DNA of 64,000 nucleotides from Balamuthia mandrillaris (taxonomy: Eukaryota), in assembly GCA_031835245.2 (NCBI GenBank), contig JAVKOQ020000088.1, positions 62,001 to 126,000 on the forward strand, written 5' to 3'. The notes beneath the pieces are model-generated. The model was not told the DNA's origin. It was given only the letters and a program-made list of their open reading frames with translations, and did not search any database. The stretch's first letter is position 1. The number at the start of each line of letters is the position of its first letter. A program made the translations under genes and the position numbers. Positions 1-13,806 of the stretch are shown here, piece after piece.

Positions 1-524
1 TCTGTCTGTAACACAAAGACAACAACCCAAAATAAAAACAAACCATCTTGCACAGTGGCGCAAGGCCTGAACCACGTCAAACAGAACAGCACGGTCACGC
101 TCTCGGCACAGTCGACCGGAACCAAGTCCTGCAAAGAAGTGCCCAAGTTGAAGATGCCAGAGCTCCAAAACTGGTGACTGCTTGCCGTCCAGTTTGCTCC
201 TATGAATATCGGGTCTCCCTCTACAAAGAAAGAAACGACAAGAAAGAAAGAAAAAGAGCAAAACTTTCGGTCAATAAAAAAACAAGAACAAAAAACACAA
301 AAAAAGAAACCTTGAATGCCCACTACAGAGGCGCATTGAGCAGGCTTTCCGCTCCAGGGCACACACTTGGCATCAACGTTGTCAGGCGGGTTCCAAACGT
401 AATCCTCCCCAGGAGTGAACTGAGCAGAGGCCAAAGGCAGAACCAACAGCACGGAAGAGGAAAAGAGAAGAAGAGAGCAAAAGAAGAAGTGAAACCGGCC
501 TTTCGTTGTCAATTCTGTCCTCAT
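1..524 (-). CDS. 5' part of a secreted/membrane protein with Frizzled-like cysteine-rich domain (partial, runs off window)
   Basis: Not in the ORF track as one ORF. ATG 524; exons about 524-311 and 220-44 with GT-AG introns. Hydrophobic signal (FFFCSLLLFSSSVLLVLPLASA), then KCVPWSGKPAQC...DCAESVTVLFCLTWFRPC, a Fz-CRD-like Cys pattern. Confidence 0.6.
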   Translation of the reverse strand, partial: MRTELTTKGRFHFFFCSLLLFSSSVLLVLPLASAQFTPGEDYVWNPPDNVDAKCVPWSGKPAQCASVVGIQGFFFCVFCSCFFIDRKFCSFSFFLVVSFFVEGDPIFIGANWTASSHQFWSSGIFNLGTSLQDLVPVDCAESVTVLFCLTWFRPCATVQDGLFLFWVVVFVLQT

Positions 525-1000
525 TCGTGGTTCCCTACGCTACTATTATGTGTGTGAGTGTTTCTCTTTGTTTGTTTGGTTCACCTGTTGTTGTTGTTTC
601 ACGTTTGTTCTTGGGGAAGGAGGAGGCTGGAACAGTTAATAAGAGGGGTTGGTTTTTTTTGCAAGTGTTCATTAAAATAAATGCACGTTTACCCTTTTTA
701 AAAAGTGTTCCGTCTGCCCTATTAAACCCTATCGGTTACGAGGAGGATCTGTTCTGCGTTTTACACCGTTGGCACAGCGAGAGTCCAAACAGAATGGCCA
801 AGGAAATCAATAGCTGCAGCTAACTTTGGGGTATGTCCCGGCCATTCAACAAGCCGAGGGGGATTTGTCAGGAGAGAGCCAAGCCATTTTTGCAGAAGCA
901 ACGCTTTGAATAGTAATTTACGGTATACGGGCAACCAATGAATTGAATTCGACCGTCACGTGATTCATTTGTCGACAACATATTATGTACGATGGACAGC

Positions 1001-1060
1001 GAGACAGGACCCGAGACAGGACCCGAGACAGGGCATGAGACAGGACTTGAGCCAGGACAG
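1001..1060. repeat. 12-bp tandem repeat (GAGACAGGACCC-type) x5, degenerating 3'
   Basis: gagacaggaccc gagacaggaccc gagacagggcat gagacaggactt gagccaggacag. Confidence 0.85.
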
Positions 1061-1255
1061 GAGAGAGCACAAAAGAAAGCAAGAGAGAAGCCGCGGAGAC
1101 GACCTTGGCGACAAGGGACTCTTGCATAACCAACAAGAAGAAAAGCCAAGAAAAGGGGGACCAAAAAAAAAAGAGTGAAACAAAGGTATGTTTTTGTGGT
1201 GTACATAAATAAACAAAAAACTTTTGGATGGTGTTTTTTTAAAAAAAAAAACGTT

Positions 1256-1819
<564 letters not shown>

Positions 1820-1992
1820 TCAAAATTAAAAAAAAAAGCAAAGTCTGTCTCCCTCTCTGCTGTTCTGCTGCTGCTGTAAGTTTTTGTTTTTGTTTTTTCG
1901 TTCCGAAGAAAAGAAAAAATGTGACCGTTTGCAACCAATTTATGCGTGCGAAGCGGAGACACCAACCAAAAAAAAAAAAAAAATACAAAGAA

Positions 1993-2126
1993 TGGGCGAC
2001 GTCGGCAAAGGAGCCAACGACGACGGGATTGTTGTTCGGGAAAAAGCGGGAAAAACCAACGAGCGACGTCAGCGAAAAAATAAAATAAAACAGAAGCTGG
2101 GCGACGTCGGCAACTGACGTCAGCGA
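1993..2126. promoter_or_regulatory. Bidirectional ARF/PPR promoter with repeated GACGTC (CRE-like) modules
   Basis: TGGGCGACGTCGGCAA at 1993-2008 and 2098-2113; GACGTCAGCGA twice; TGACGTCA at 2115-2122; lies between divergent ATGs 1789 and 2282. Confidence 0.5.
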
Positions 2127-2281
2127 GATGGTACCTGGATCGCGTCCGGGAGGAGGACAGGAGAGAAGATATGTGAGTATCTTATTTCCGCGTCGTCACG
2201 AAATTAAAGAGGAAAGTAAAAGGAAGCGTCAAGACTTGGTTCGCGGTCGGTCTTGGTAGCGTGAGTGGCTCGTAGTAACAC

Positions 2282-2285
2282 ATGA

Positions 2286-2325
<40 letters not shown>

Positions 2326-5300
2326 GATCCTCCTCCTATTCCCGCAAATAACACTTGCCACACCAACAACCACAACATAACATTCGTAGTTACTGGGCCT
2401 TTCGCATCGGGGGCTGCCTCCGACCAGCAACGGCAGTAGCGCGGCTCTCCCTGGAAGCTTTGCCGTCATGCAGATGCTTTTCTCTTGCACCACCACGCTC
2501 TCCACTTCCCAAAACCCTGCGCACCACCTTTCCTCTTCCGCGAGGCTTCCGTGCTCGTCGCCTCTCGTGGCAGAGCCGCTCTGCACCGCTTTGCACGTCC
2601 GCTTCTGCGACCCTGTCCTCGCCTCGTATGTCCCCTTTCTTTCTTGTCTTTTACTTGTTTCTTGTGGCTTATTTCTTCTCATTCTTGGGTATCATTTTCT
2701 TCTTTAGACTTAGAATATGAGGATGAGAGAGAAGAGGATGGCACACCGTACATCAAAAAGGGCCTATCCTCTGCCGCTTACACTCGCACGCGAGCCCGCA
2801 AACGCGCTCTCGCCCCTTACCACCGTCGCATAGCCGATCTGGCGGAGGCCGGTCGCTTGGAGGAAGGACTGGAGGTCATCCAGGAGATGGTGGAGGAGGA
2901 CGTTCCTCCCACGCTTGGCTCTTTTCTTCCATTATTCCGAGCGGCCTCCAATAACAGCGAGGATGGAATTCACGACTGGTTTCAGGTGATGCAAAGGATG
3001 AAAGAGGTGGCCACGGAGCAAAGAGAAAGAGAGGGTTCCCCTCGGATCATCCTCAATGCCATTCCCTTCAACTTCTTCCTCAAAGCCTGTCTGAGACAGC
3101 AAAACGTGCCCAAGGACAAGGAGAGTTTGGCCCTGCAGGTGATCGAGCAAATGAGAGCTGCAGGCATCAAGCCGGACGCTCATACCTTTGCCACCCTCAT
3201 TGAAAGCTGTTGCAACACGTTGCCCTCCTTGCCCACCGCTTTTGCTTTCTACCAGCGCATGCTGCAGGAGCACATCCTTCCCGATTCCAACTTCTTTCAC
3301 GCACTGTTGAGTTGCTGTAGCAAAGCCGGAGAAGGAGCTTGGCCTTACACAGAACGCACGTGGCAGCTGATGAAGCAACACTCGATACGTCCCGATCTGC
3401 TGACGTACAACGTGTTGTTGGCTTGCTGCGTGAGGGAGAACCGTTTCGAGGAAGCCTTTCGCACGTTTGACGAGATGAAGAGAGAGGGCTTTCATCCGGA
3501 TGACTACACCTACTCCGCTTTGATCAAGGCGTGCGAGAAGGTGGGACAGCCAGAGAGAGGAGCTGAGTTCTTGAGCTTGATGCAGGAGGGAGGGGTTAGG
3601 GCCACCGTCACCACTTACAACACTCTTCTTCATGGTTATTGCAGTGCTGGTGAGTTTGAGGAGGCATTTGCGCTATTGCAACAGATGAAAGCGCAAGGGC
3701 TGAGGCCCAACGCTGCTACCTTCAACGGCATGATCAAAGGGTTTGCTCCTTCTTCTGCTTCTTCAGCATCTTCAATTGATCAACTGGATGACGTAGAAGA
3801 AGACGAAGAACTCGAAAGTGTAGAACCAATAACAAGGGGACAACAGAGAAACATATTGGAAGAAGCAGACACTCTCAACAGGATTATTCAAGAGATGGCA
3901 GAAGCAGGAGTGACACCCGACAGCCAACTCTACTACCCTCTCATATCCGCTCTCACCAAGCAAAAAGGTTTCAACGCTGGGTTAGAGGTCTACCTTCAAA
4001 TGCGACAGCAACGCATCTCTCCTAATTTCAACATCATCCATACGTTGGTGCTCTCCTGCGATGAGAGTGAAGGAACGGCGGCCGCGTTGAAGCTCTACCG
4101 CTCATTGCTGCAAGATGCATATAGCAAGCAGGAAGTGAACACTTTATTGTTAAACTCGTTGATTTCCAAGTTGATGGCTGCGAAAAGAGAGGAGAGTGCT
4201 GTGGGCGTTCTTCAATGGATGAAAGAAGAGGCGGAAAATGGGAAGAAGAACGTCGCTCCGAACACCTACACCTATGACATTCTTCTTCGTACTGCAACAA
4301 CCTCCAACCGAAAAGAACAAAAATGTGGTAATGCTAATCGTCGTAAGCAATATCAACAACGGTTAGAAGAAGCGGTTCAATACGGGTATCAACTGATGCA
4401 AGAAATGAAAGACAGGGGCATAAAGAACGTACCGGACGTTCCATTCATGGACGTCTTCGTCCGTGCGCTTTGTCGATGTGGTAAAATGGAAGAAGCTCAC
4501 CGTTGGTTGGAGGACAATGGGGAGAACGGGGATAGAACGCCGACTGCATACGTTTATGCTTCGTTGATACAGGCCAGCAATAGCGTCGAACAAGGTATTG
4601 AATTATTGGACGAGATGAAGAACAAAGGCATTCGTCCTGATACTGTCGTCTTCAACAGTCTGATCTCTCTTTGTGGAAGAAGAGGGAGAAAAGAAATAGA
4701 CAAGGACGAAAACGATGAAAGGGGAGCAAGTGATGCAAAAGGAGATGCAGGAAAAGGAGGAGGGAAAGGAGCACAGCTAGCAATGGAGCTTTGGAGACAA
4801 ATGCAAAAAGAATGGAATATTCAACCAGACCCTTCGACCTACTTTGCCCTCGTCAAAACTCTCTGCGACCACAACCTCACTACCCAAGCTCTCCGCATTC
4901 TCAACAGCATGTACACTTCTAATTCCTCTTCTTCTTCTACCAATTCTTCTTTCGACATTACTTCCATATATAACGTCCTATTAACTGCTCTGTTGCGAGC
5001 CGGCCGTTATCCACTAGCTCAGCACCTGCTCCACGAAATGCAACACCGAAACGTACCTTTTGACATCTACACTTATACCACCCAAATCGACCTTTTTGCC
5101 GCCACCGCCAGCAAAACCAATGAAAACATGGAGGAGGCGTTAGAGACAGTCAAGCACATGAGAGAGCGAATGTGGATCAAACCGGACTTATATGTCTACT
5201 CCTCGTTGGTGAGTGCTTGTAGGCGGTGTGGTCGAACGGACTTGATATGGAAGTTGACGAGGATGATGGCAGAGGATGGCTTACAACCGGACCTTCCTTT

Positions 5301-6891
5301 GTACAACAACTTGTTGGCTGCTTATACTTCTCCTCCCCCTTCTTCTTCTTCACCATCTTCTTCTACTGGAAGCGATTTTGGAAAGACACAGCAACAACAG
5401 GACCAACGAGTAGAAAAATTGCTTCAACAGATGAAAGCGCAGGGCATCCGGCCTAACGTTATTACCTACAACATCCTCATCTCTGCGGCTACTTCCTCTT
5501 CTTCCTCATCCTGCATGAAACGGGCCTATGAATTGTTTAGAGAAATGAAAGAAAAAGCCAAACTTCAACCCAATGAACGAACAATGTTGGCATTGATGAC
5601 CGGCCACCAACGTTTTGGCGACGTGGAGGGCGCGTTTGCTCTTTTTCGACGTATGCGAGACGAGGAAGGCATTATTCCTACTCTCCCTATCTACACCACG
5701 CTTTTGAGTGCTTGTGATAAAGCCGGTCAACTCGACAAAGCAATGCAAGTGTTACAGCTAATGAAACGAGAAGAAGGCGGACCAGAAGAAGATGGGAAAG
5801 AAAGACGCAAAAGAAGAGAAGAATCTGTAAAACCAGATTTGGTGATGTTCAATATGTTGATAAGAGCCTTCGCCAAAGAGAACAACGTGGAGAGCTGCTT
5901 GGGGTTGTTGGAGGAGATGCATAGAAGTGACGTTCAACCGGATGCAAACAGTTTCAATCCAATCGTCTCCGCTTTGACTCGCAACGACCAACTCGACAAA
6001 GCCCTATCTTTAGTGTTGGAGAAGATGATGGGATTAAAGATGGAAGATGGAATGATACAAAAGTTGCGGAAGAAAATAGAAACCGAGCATGAGAAGATCA
6101 CGCAGACGACGTTCAAAGCGAAGCCGAATGCAGCCACGTTTGGCTTGTTGTTGTCGGGATGCAGCAAAGCTGGCAGAGTGAAGGAAGCCATCGCTTTAAT
6201 GGAAGTCATGAAGTTGCTCGACGTTCAACCAGATTCCATTCGGCCTTTCAACGACCTCTTAATTTCTTGCGTCTCTCTTTCTTCTTCACCATCCTCTTCA
6301 CCAACAACCGGTTCATCCTGGTTAGAACAAGGATTGGATATAGTGAACCGGATGAAAGAGCTAAAACTGAAGTTAAGTGTTGTGACGTTACAACAGTTAG
6401 TGAGTTTGTGCCAACGAGACAGCAACATAGAAGCACTCTATCAACTGTTGGAACGCTTTCGAGTGGAGGAGAGAATCCGACCCGATGCACCATGCTACAA
6501 CTCCATCTTCAAGACGCTGGCATACCAACCCGCTCGCAGCGACAAGGAGCGACAGGCAAAGAAGCAAAAGGTGTTGGAGCTGTTGTCCCGAATGAGACAC
6601 GAAGACAACATCCCGCCAAACATTCACATCTACAACACGCTGATTCAAACCTTGGCGCGGAGCGACGGCGAGGAGGAGGCCGTGGAGCTGTTCCGGGAGA
6701 TGCGAAAGGAGCTTGGGGCGGAGGTCGAGTTGAACCCCAGGGCGGCGGAGGCATTGCGGCACGCTTGCAAAGCGACGAGCGGGCGGCACGCCGACGTGCT
6801 TGCTTTGTTGTCCCCTGCTTCCTCCTCCTCCTCCTCTTCCGTTTCTTCTCTTCGTTCTTCTGGCGGAGGGAAGAAATTCAGGACGACATGA
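2282..6891 (+). CDS. Long P-type pentatricopeptide repeat (PPR) protein, probably mitochondrial
   Basis: Many 35-aa PPR motifs (PDLLTYNVLLACC, PDDYTYSALIKAC, TVTTYNTLLHGYC...). Inferred 5' exons: ATGAG (2282-2286), then SYWAFRIGGCLRPATAVARLS...RGFRARRLSWQSRS (Arg/Ser-rich presequence-like), intron at about 2626-2707, then the main exon to TGA 6891. Confidence 0.9.
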
Positions 6892-7009
6892 AATTATTCG
6901 GGACGTCATGGAAATATCGTGCAGTTTTCGTGAACAAACAGAGCAACTATTGTGCACTAATTGTGAAGCAATTGCAATTAGCGAACAAATAAAAAAAGAA
7001 ACAAGCGAA

Positions 7010-9965
7010 ATGGAGAAGAGGAGGTCCACCACCACCGCCAGGGCTTCCGCGGGTGGTGGCGTCGGCTATGGCCTTCTTCAGGAGGAAGAAGGCTCTTCTT
7101 CCTCCAGCGCCCATGAAGTAGCGAACGTTTCCATCGATGGGTTTGTTGGTGCGTTTTTTTTTTTCTCACAAAAAAAAAAAAACAACGTAGCTACGAAGAA
7201 AAACTAATCTTTTCAGCGCTTCCCTCGTTCTTTCTGTCTCCTTTTTTCTTTTTCTTCTTCTCCTCCTCCTGCTTCTTCTCCTTCTTATTCTGCTGCTTCG
7301 TTCTCCTTGCGCTTGTTTTTGTGTGTTTGTTTTTTTTTTTTTAAAAAAAAAAAACAGAGTTTCCTACAGAGCCATGCTGCAAAAATCCTCGCAGCTACCT
7401 CCAGAAACGGTACTGGGTGCCCGCCATCGTCATCGTGCTGGTCTGTCTGGTGGCCATCATCGCCATCGTCGCTCTGACCGCTCGGCAGGAGATCAACAAG
7501 ACCAACAACAACGGCATCCCCCTGGAGAGCCGCATTTCGGCGGACAAGATCAAGGAGCATTTGAAGAAGCTGATGGAGATTGCTCGCAAGAACAATGGCA
7601 GTCGGTCCGTCTTGACGGGCTACAATTCCTCTGCTGAGTACTTTGCCGATGAGCTGCGACAGATCACCAAACAACAAAACTATTTTGATGTAAGCGCGCT
7701 TCTTTTGTTGCTGTTTTGTTGCTCTCGTTCTCGTCTATTCTTTGTCCTCTCCTTGTCTTCTGTCTTCTTCCATCTAATGCCACTGATTCTCGTTTGAATT
7801 ATTCTCAAACAATAGATAGCTTTTCAATACTTTGTGGTGCCTGTCTACACTCAGTTGGCCACTCCTTCTCTCGCCCTTCTTTCTGCTGAACCTTCTCCCT
7901 CCTCTTCCTTCTCACGCTCATCTTCCTCCTCTTTGTCGTCCTCATCATACTCGTCATCGAATTCTTCATCAGATTCGTCTTCCTCTTCAGCTTCTTCATC
8001 AGACTCATCTTCTTCCTCTGGTTCTGATGCGCTACTGCAATACCAACCGGATGTGGACTTTATACAACTGCGCTATGGAGGAAACGGCACTCACGACATG
8101 CAAAGAAGTCTTCGTAAAATCAACCGTAAAGGTTGCAACCTGCAGGACTTCGAACAATTCGTGAAGGGTGACATTGCATTGATAGAGCATGCAGACACCA
8201 ACGCCACGTAATCTCTTTCTCTCCTCGCTCTATAATCTCTCTTCCTCTCCGTCCTGATGAATTCCCATTTTTTTTTAATCAGTGGTACAGATGCTTGTGA
8301 AGCCGATGTAAAAGCTCTTAATGCACAGGAAAAAGGAGCGTCGGGTGTAATCATCTATCAAATGGAAGGCCAACCACTTTCCAACCCGAGAGCGCGCAAG
8401 ACTGGATGGCTGGAAGGTGATCCCTTAGTGACCATTCCTACATTTATGACGACTTACTCTGTTGGCAGCAGTTTGAACGCATTGCTTAATTTGGGTTTGT
8501 TTTCTTGTTTCTTGTTTCTTCTTCTTCCTTCTCCTCTATCACCTGTCCTTTATTTGAAAGGCAAACGGATGACACTCTCTCGGCTAATTAATTGGCAAAT
8601 GCTCAACAACTTTCTGGCTGTTGCGCCACTTTGCCAGCCTGTTTATACTCCTTCAAGAACACATTTTTGTCTGATTTTCTCCTTCCATTCTCTCTGTCTC
8701 TGTCTCGCTGTCTCCCTCTCTACCTCTCTTCTTTTTATAAAATTCCTTTCTAACGAAAAAAAAAAATCAAGGAAATGATGTAACTCTTCACATCAGCAGT
8801 CAAAGCAGCATAGAATTAACAACAACTTATAGTTTATTCTGCAGCACAAAAGATGGCAACGATAATGACCTTGTTATTGCTGGAGCCCATTTAGGTAACT
8901 TATCTGTTGATTTTTAGTTTTCTTTTTTTTTTTAATATTTGTATATATTTTTTGAACAAAACATTCTGTATTTCTAATTGCTGTTTTTGCAAATAGATTC
9001 GGTCCCTGAATCGGCTGGAATGAACGACAATGGCAGTGGTGCTGCTTCTCTTTTGGAGGTAATAGCTTTCTTTCATTCTTCTCTTATTTTCTTTATTCTC
9101 CTTCCCTGGTTAACATAACATATTTTTTCAACAAACAAAAGATGGCAATCCAGATGGCAAGCATAAGACTTCAGCCCGTCAACAAAGTACGTTTCGCATG
9201 GTGGGGCGCCGAAGAGCTCGGTCTATTGGGCGCTTATAACTATATAGCCGCTATACGCGATTCCTCTTCGCCCTCTTCTTCAACGAGTTCCTCCGCCAAA
9301 AATCCGATCCATGGCGATGACACCGACTTGGACAACATTGCTGTATATTTGAACTTTGATATGTTGGCCTCTCCCAATTTTATTCCTTTGGTGAGCGATG
9401 GCAGCACTGCTCCTGAGAAAGTATGTTCTTCCTTTCCTTTTATTCTCTTTTTTTTATTTCTTCTCTTTCTTTTCTTTCTTCTTATTTTCTTTTTGTTAAC
9501 TTTGAAAAACTTAACTCACAGGTGAGAAATGGAAGTACGACCGTACAAAACATTCTTAGGGGCTATCTGGATGACGAGGCCGACACCAAAGTAAAACTAA
9601 CGCCGATGAGCAAGCCCTCCTCCGACTTTTATCCTTTTCTTATGAATAACATCCCTGCTGGCTTTGTTACTTCTGGTTCGTGTTTTTGTTTCTCTCTATC
9701 CCCTCTTTATTTATTTTAATTATCAAAATATGCTTCAAAAAAAAACGAAACGACAAAAAAAAAAGGTGCATCGCAAGTAAAAGACGAAGCGGATCGTAAA
9801 AATTGGGGCGGCATAGCAGGAGCCGCTTTGGACCCGTGCTATCATCAGCGCTGCGACACCAATGAGAACATCCACAAGGACGTCCTCACGGACTTGGCCA
9901 AGGCCGGGGCCTACACGCTCTCCAAGCTAGCCACGCAGAGCAACCTCAGGAACTACTTGAAGTAG
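7010..9965 (+). CDS. M28 family aminopeptidase with PA domain and type II membrane anchor (multi-exon)
   Basis: TM segment VPAIVIVLVCLVAIIAIVAL; PA domain (GDIALI...KALNAQEKGASGVIIY); GAHLDSV, NDNGSG, FAWWGAEELGLLG, YLNFDM, SDFYPF, DPCYHQRCD; TAG 9963-9965. Confidence 0.92.
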
Positions 9966-10238
9966 AGGCGAAAAAAAAAAAACAAAGTGTATACTCCTTT
10001 TTTTTTTTCACTTTCACTTTCAAGATTGCTATTTATTCACGTTACGACGGATTAGGAAATGTCATCGGAAAGGTTTTACCAATAATGATTAAAAGTCGAC
10101 ATTTTCATGATTAATGTCTACAAAATATTTTTAAAAGGTAATAAATCAGATTTAAAGTTCCGATAACTGGTGTGAAAGTGAAGGAAAACTGGTGAGAAGT
10201 ACAACAAAGAAGGGCCGCTCCTCGCGCAACCCAACATG

Positions 10239-10269
<31 letters not shown>

Positions 10270-10570
10270 TTTTCTTTTCATTTTTTTGGTGTTGGGACTC
10301 TGTGTGATCGTGTGCTCTTGTTTGGTGGCATATCCTCACACAACGTACACACAACTCCGAGCAAGCTCACTCGGTGACACGAACGGCTACTTTTTAATTT
10401 CTGGCTTTGGCTCCTCTCTTCCCCATTTTTTTAAAAAAAAAAACCACACAACAGGTTTTTTGCTTCTTCTTTGCTCCACTCTCTCTATTTTGTTTGTTTG
10501 TTCTTTGTTGTTTATTCTCTTTTGTTCTTTTGGGTGTATTCACTTTTTCAGCGCAACCTTCTTCTCATCT

Positions 10571-10601
<31 letters not shown>

Positions 10602-10606
10602 GAATA

Positions 10607-13210
10607 ATGTGCACACCTCAACGACGCAAGGAACGAGAGATGGACTCCACTCCGCCAGAGTTTACGCTAGCAAGGGAGGGAGCTCCCATGGGACCCACCC
10701 TCGCGGACAAGCAGGGCAGGGTGGGTCCCCACCGCCCCGAGCAGTTCCGCCAGCCCTCGGAGACCATGGCGGGCGCCCCCAACACCCAGCACGACCCTCA
10801 GGTCTGCATGAGCGACACCGAGGCGGCGTTTTGGGACAGCATCCTGGGGGACGTGGAGACGATCGAGGGGTTGTCGGAAACCTTCTCCGGGTCCGTGCAG
10901 GAGCAGCAGAAGATCATGGAGCAGCCGGAGGAGTGTCCGCTGCCTCTGCCGCTGCCGCTGGACGTGGCGCCTCTGCCCCACCAACACCACCACCACCGCC
11001 ACCGCCATCAAAGCCGTGCTCGCTCTCTCCCTCTTTCCGCTGAAAAACCAAGAACAAGCGGCGAGGCTGCCCAGCCGTTCTACGCCTCCTCCTCCTCCTC
11101 CTTCTCTTCCGTCTCCTCTTCTCCTCTTCCTTCGGTTCGCTCGCCCGAGGCGGTGGCAGTAGCAGATCGGATAGAAGCAGCCGCAGAGGAGATGAAGAGA
11201 AAAAGAGGGAGAAAAAGAGGGAGAGAGGAAGCAACGTCGATGGAAGACGGAATGCCGACAGGAACGATGACCACTGTTGGGAGCAAAGAACAAGCCCTCC
11301 AAATCGTCACGAAGCTGCTCCACGAACCGCTCAAGCTGGAGGACGCATTGGAGGCTCTTGAGGAGTACGAAGACCTGCACCACGAGGAAGGAAGGGCGGT
11401 GCTGCAAAAGTATCATGAGTTGAAGGCTCGGGTGCAAGAGAAGACCATGTGGAACTTGTGGAGGCATGACACGCACTTGGCGTTCTTTGAGGAGTTGTTG
11501 CAGATGCTCAAGTTTTATTTTACAAATTGGATGGCGTTGCCTTTGCCACCTGTTGCTTTGCTGCCAGAAGCTATACAGTACTCACTCTCTCTTTTTGCGC
11601 TGCTTCTGCTTGCTTCTTCTTCTTCTCCTTCTCTTGCTCTCTTCTTTGTTCTTGTCTCTTCTGCTTTCTGTCTTTTTCTAATGTAGGACAACGACGCGAT
11701 CTATCCAAAGGTACTCTTTGTTACATGAAGAAGAAGACGGAAGTGTCGATCACCTTCTTATGAAAGCGAGTTTGCGATTAGCTTTGGGCTTTGGTAAAGT
11801 ATCTTTCTTTGTGTGTTTGGGTGTTCGCTCCGTTTGATAACAACTTTTTCGCTGCAGCGTTTTTATTGTTGGACGAAAAGAGACAACATGTTGAGGAGGC
11901 GTTTTCTCACGTGTATCAGGCTCGAACATACCTCGGTCATCTCTTTGATCATACAGATTATAACGTGGCTCTCAACTTGCACGCTCTGGCATTCCTCAGC
12001 ATTCTCTTGTAATGCATCCAACCGTCTTTCTCTCCTTCTGCTTCAAATCTGTTTCTCTTTCTAACTTTCTGCAAAAGGATAAGAGAAACAGAACGAGCCA
12101 GTTACTACCTAACATTATGCGTGCGCATCTGCGACACTCTCCAGTGTAGCAACAGCAATGCCTACTACGGTAGCGTCTACTGTCAAATGGTACACTTTCC
12201 TTGTCCTGAGGAACAACTTTACAACATCATGGGTCACGTGTCCAAAGCGCAGGAGGGCAAGCAACGGTTGATCATCATACCGGAGGATTTGATTAAAGGC
12301 AATCCAATCATGCCGGAATATGTGTTTGACAAACGACAGCAGTTGGGCGTTACAATGTGTCTTCGTATCTTGACCAAAATCTTGTTAGCTCTGCGCGGTA
12401 TTCACTTGCTCCACTCGTTCTCTCGTTCTCTCTTTCTCTCACTTCTGGTTCCATCCTTTCCTTTTCTTCCTCATATGGCTTCTGTCCATCTCTGCATCTT
12501 CTGTAAGTTTCCTTTTTGGACAAACCTAACTCACAAGCATTTGAATAGTATTAAAACTCAAGGAGCATCTCTGCCCTGCCATGATGGCTCCCATTTTCGA
12601 CACTATCTCTCGGCTGAACGAACTCTCCGATGATCCACATCTCTGCCCCGTCGAACTTATGATCAAAGCGTTCGTCTGCGCCGCTTCCGCTCACTGCAAC
12701 TTTCTCCTCCAGCAACGAGCCGAGGCAGTCGCTTGGGGCAACCAGTTCTTGCAGTTAACCAGAAAGAAGGGCTACAAGTTTGTCATCTTCACGGCGAAGC
12801 CTACGATTGAATGGGTGTTGGAGGTGTTCTACTGTTGCGGCCACGAGAGCTTGTTGCTGTCGTTGCTGCATAGCGTTCATATGGACGCCACGCGGTTTAT
12901 GGTGGTCAGGGAGGCCAGAGATTACTATGAGAAGCTGTTGGGAAAGAGGAGAAACATAGCGCCGGTGGAGAGCGAGGAAGAGGAAGAGAGAATACAAAGA
13001 GAAGGAGGAGGAGCGGGAGTAAAGAAGAAGAAACAGAAGAAGAAACAGGAGAAGAAGAAAAAGAAGGCCTCGAAGAAGAGTAAGAAGGACAAAGAAAGGG
13101 AGAAAGGGAAAAAGAGGGAGGAGCACGGAGAGCAGCAGCCAGAAAGGAAGAAGAAGAGAGGAAGCCGAGCAAAACGAAGCAGAGAAGCGAGTGAGAACGA
13201 CGATGGCTGA
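10607..13210 (+). CDS. Hypothetical multi-exon protein, helical middle and Lys-rich C-terminus (possibly nuclear)
   Basis: ORFs 10607-11686, 11791-12012, 12121-12633 and 12581-13210 are joinable across pyrimidine-rich GT-AG introns; KRKRGRKR NLS-like; no recognised domain. Confidence 0.6.
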
Positions 13211-13806
13211 AGATGAGAGATTTATGTGTACTCTTTTTGTTGGCAATGACATAACCACCTTGTAGATATCTACTTTTTTTCGGCAACTCTTTGTTGTGCT
13301 ATGCTTGCCTTGAGAAATAGGAATTTAGAGACGCCTGGTCTGTGTTCCCTAAACGAGCAAAAGCCCAAGGCACGAGGCCCATAGCAGGGTCCTAAAGGCA
13401 CGTGGTTCTATACACGAAAAAAAAAAAAAAGAACTTGCATTCGTGACGACACGAAATAAATCCCGTGACGACACGAATAAATAATTTCGTTGCCTTCCCA
13501 CCGCGGAATGAGAGGGTGAGCCTCACGTCTGCCGGCCCACCCTCTTCCCACGCTAGACAACGTCCTCCGAGGACTGCGCCGCCTTCATTTACCGCATTTT
13601 TTCCGAATTTTCGCAATTTGGCCATTGTCCAAGAAAATAATATTTTCTTGGTTGCCCCCCTTTTTTCCTGTCTGCTTCTTCTTTCTCTCTTTTTCTCTTT
13701 GGCAGAAAAGGCGGACCTTTAGCAGCAAGCAAAACGCGAAAGGGGGAAGGAAGGCAAAAAGGGGGAGACCAACAAACATTCTCTCGCACCACCAACCGTA
13801 AAAACG

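Noticed and set aside
1001..1060. Regular repeat suggesting CRISPR
   Set aside because: 12-bp units without unique spacers, eukaryotic context, no cas genes.
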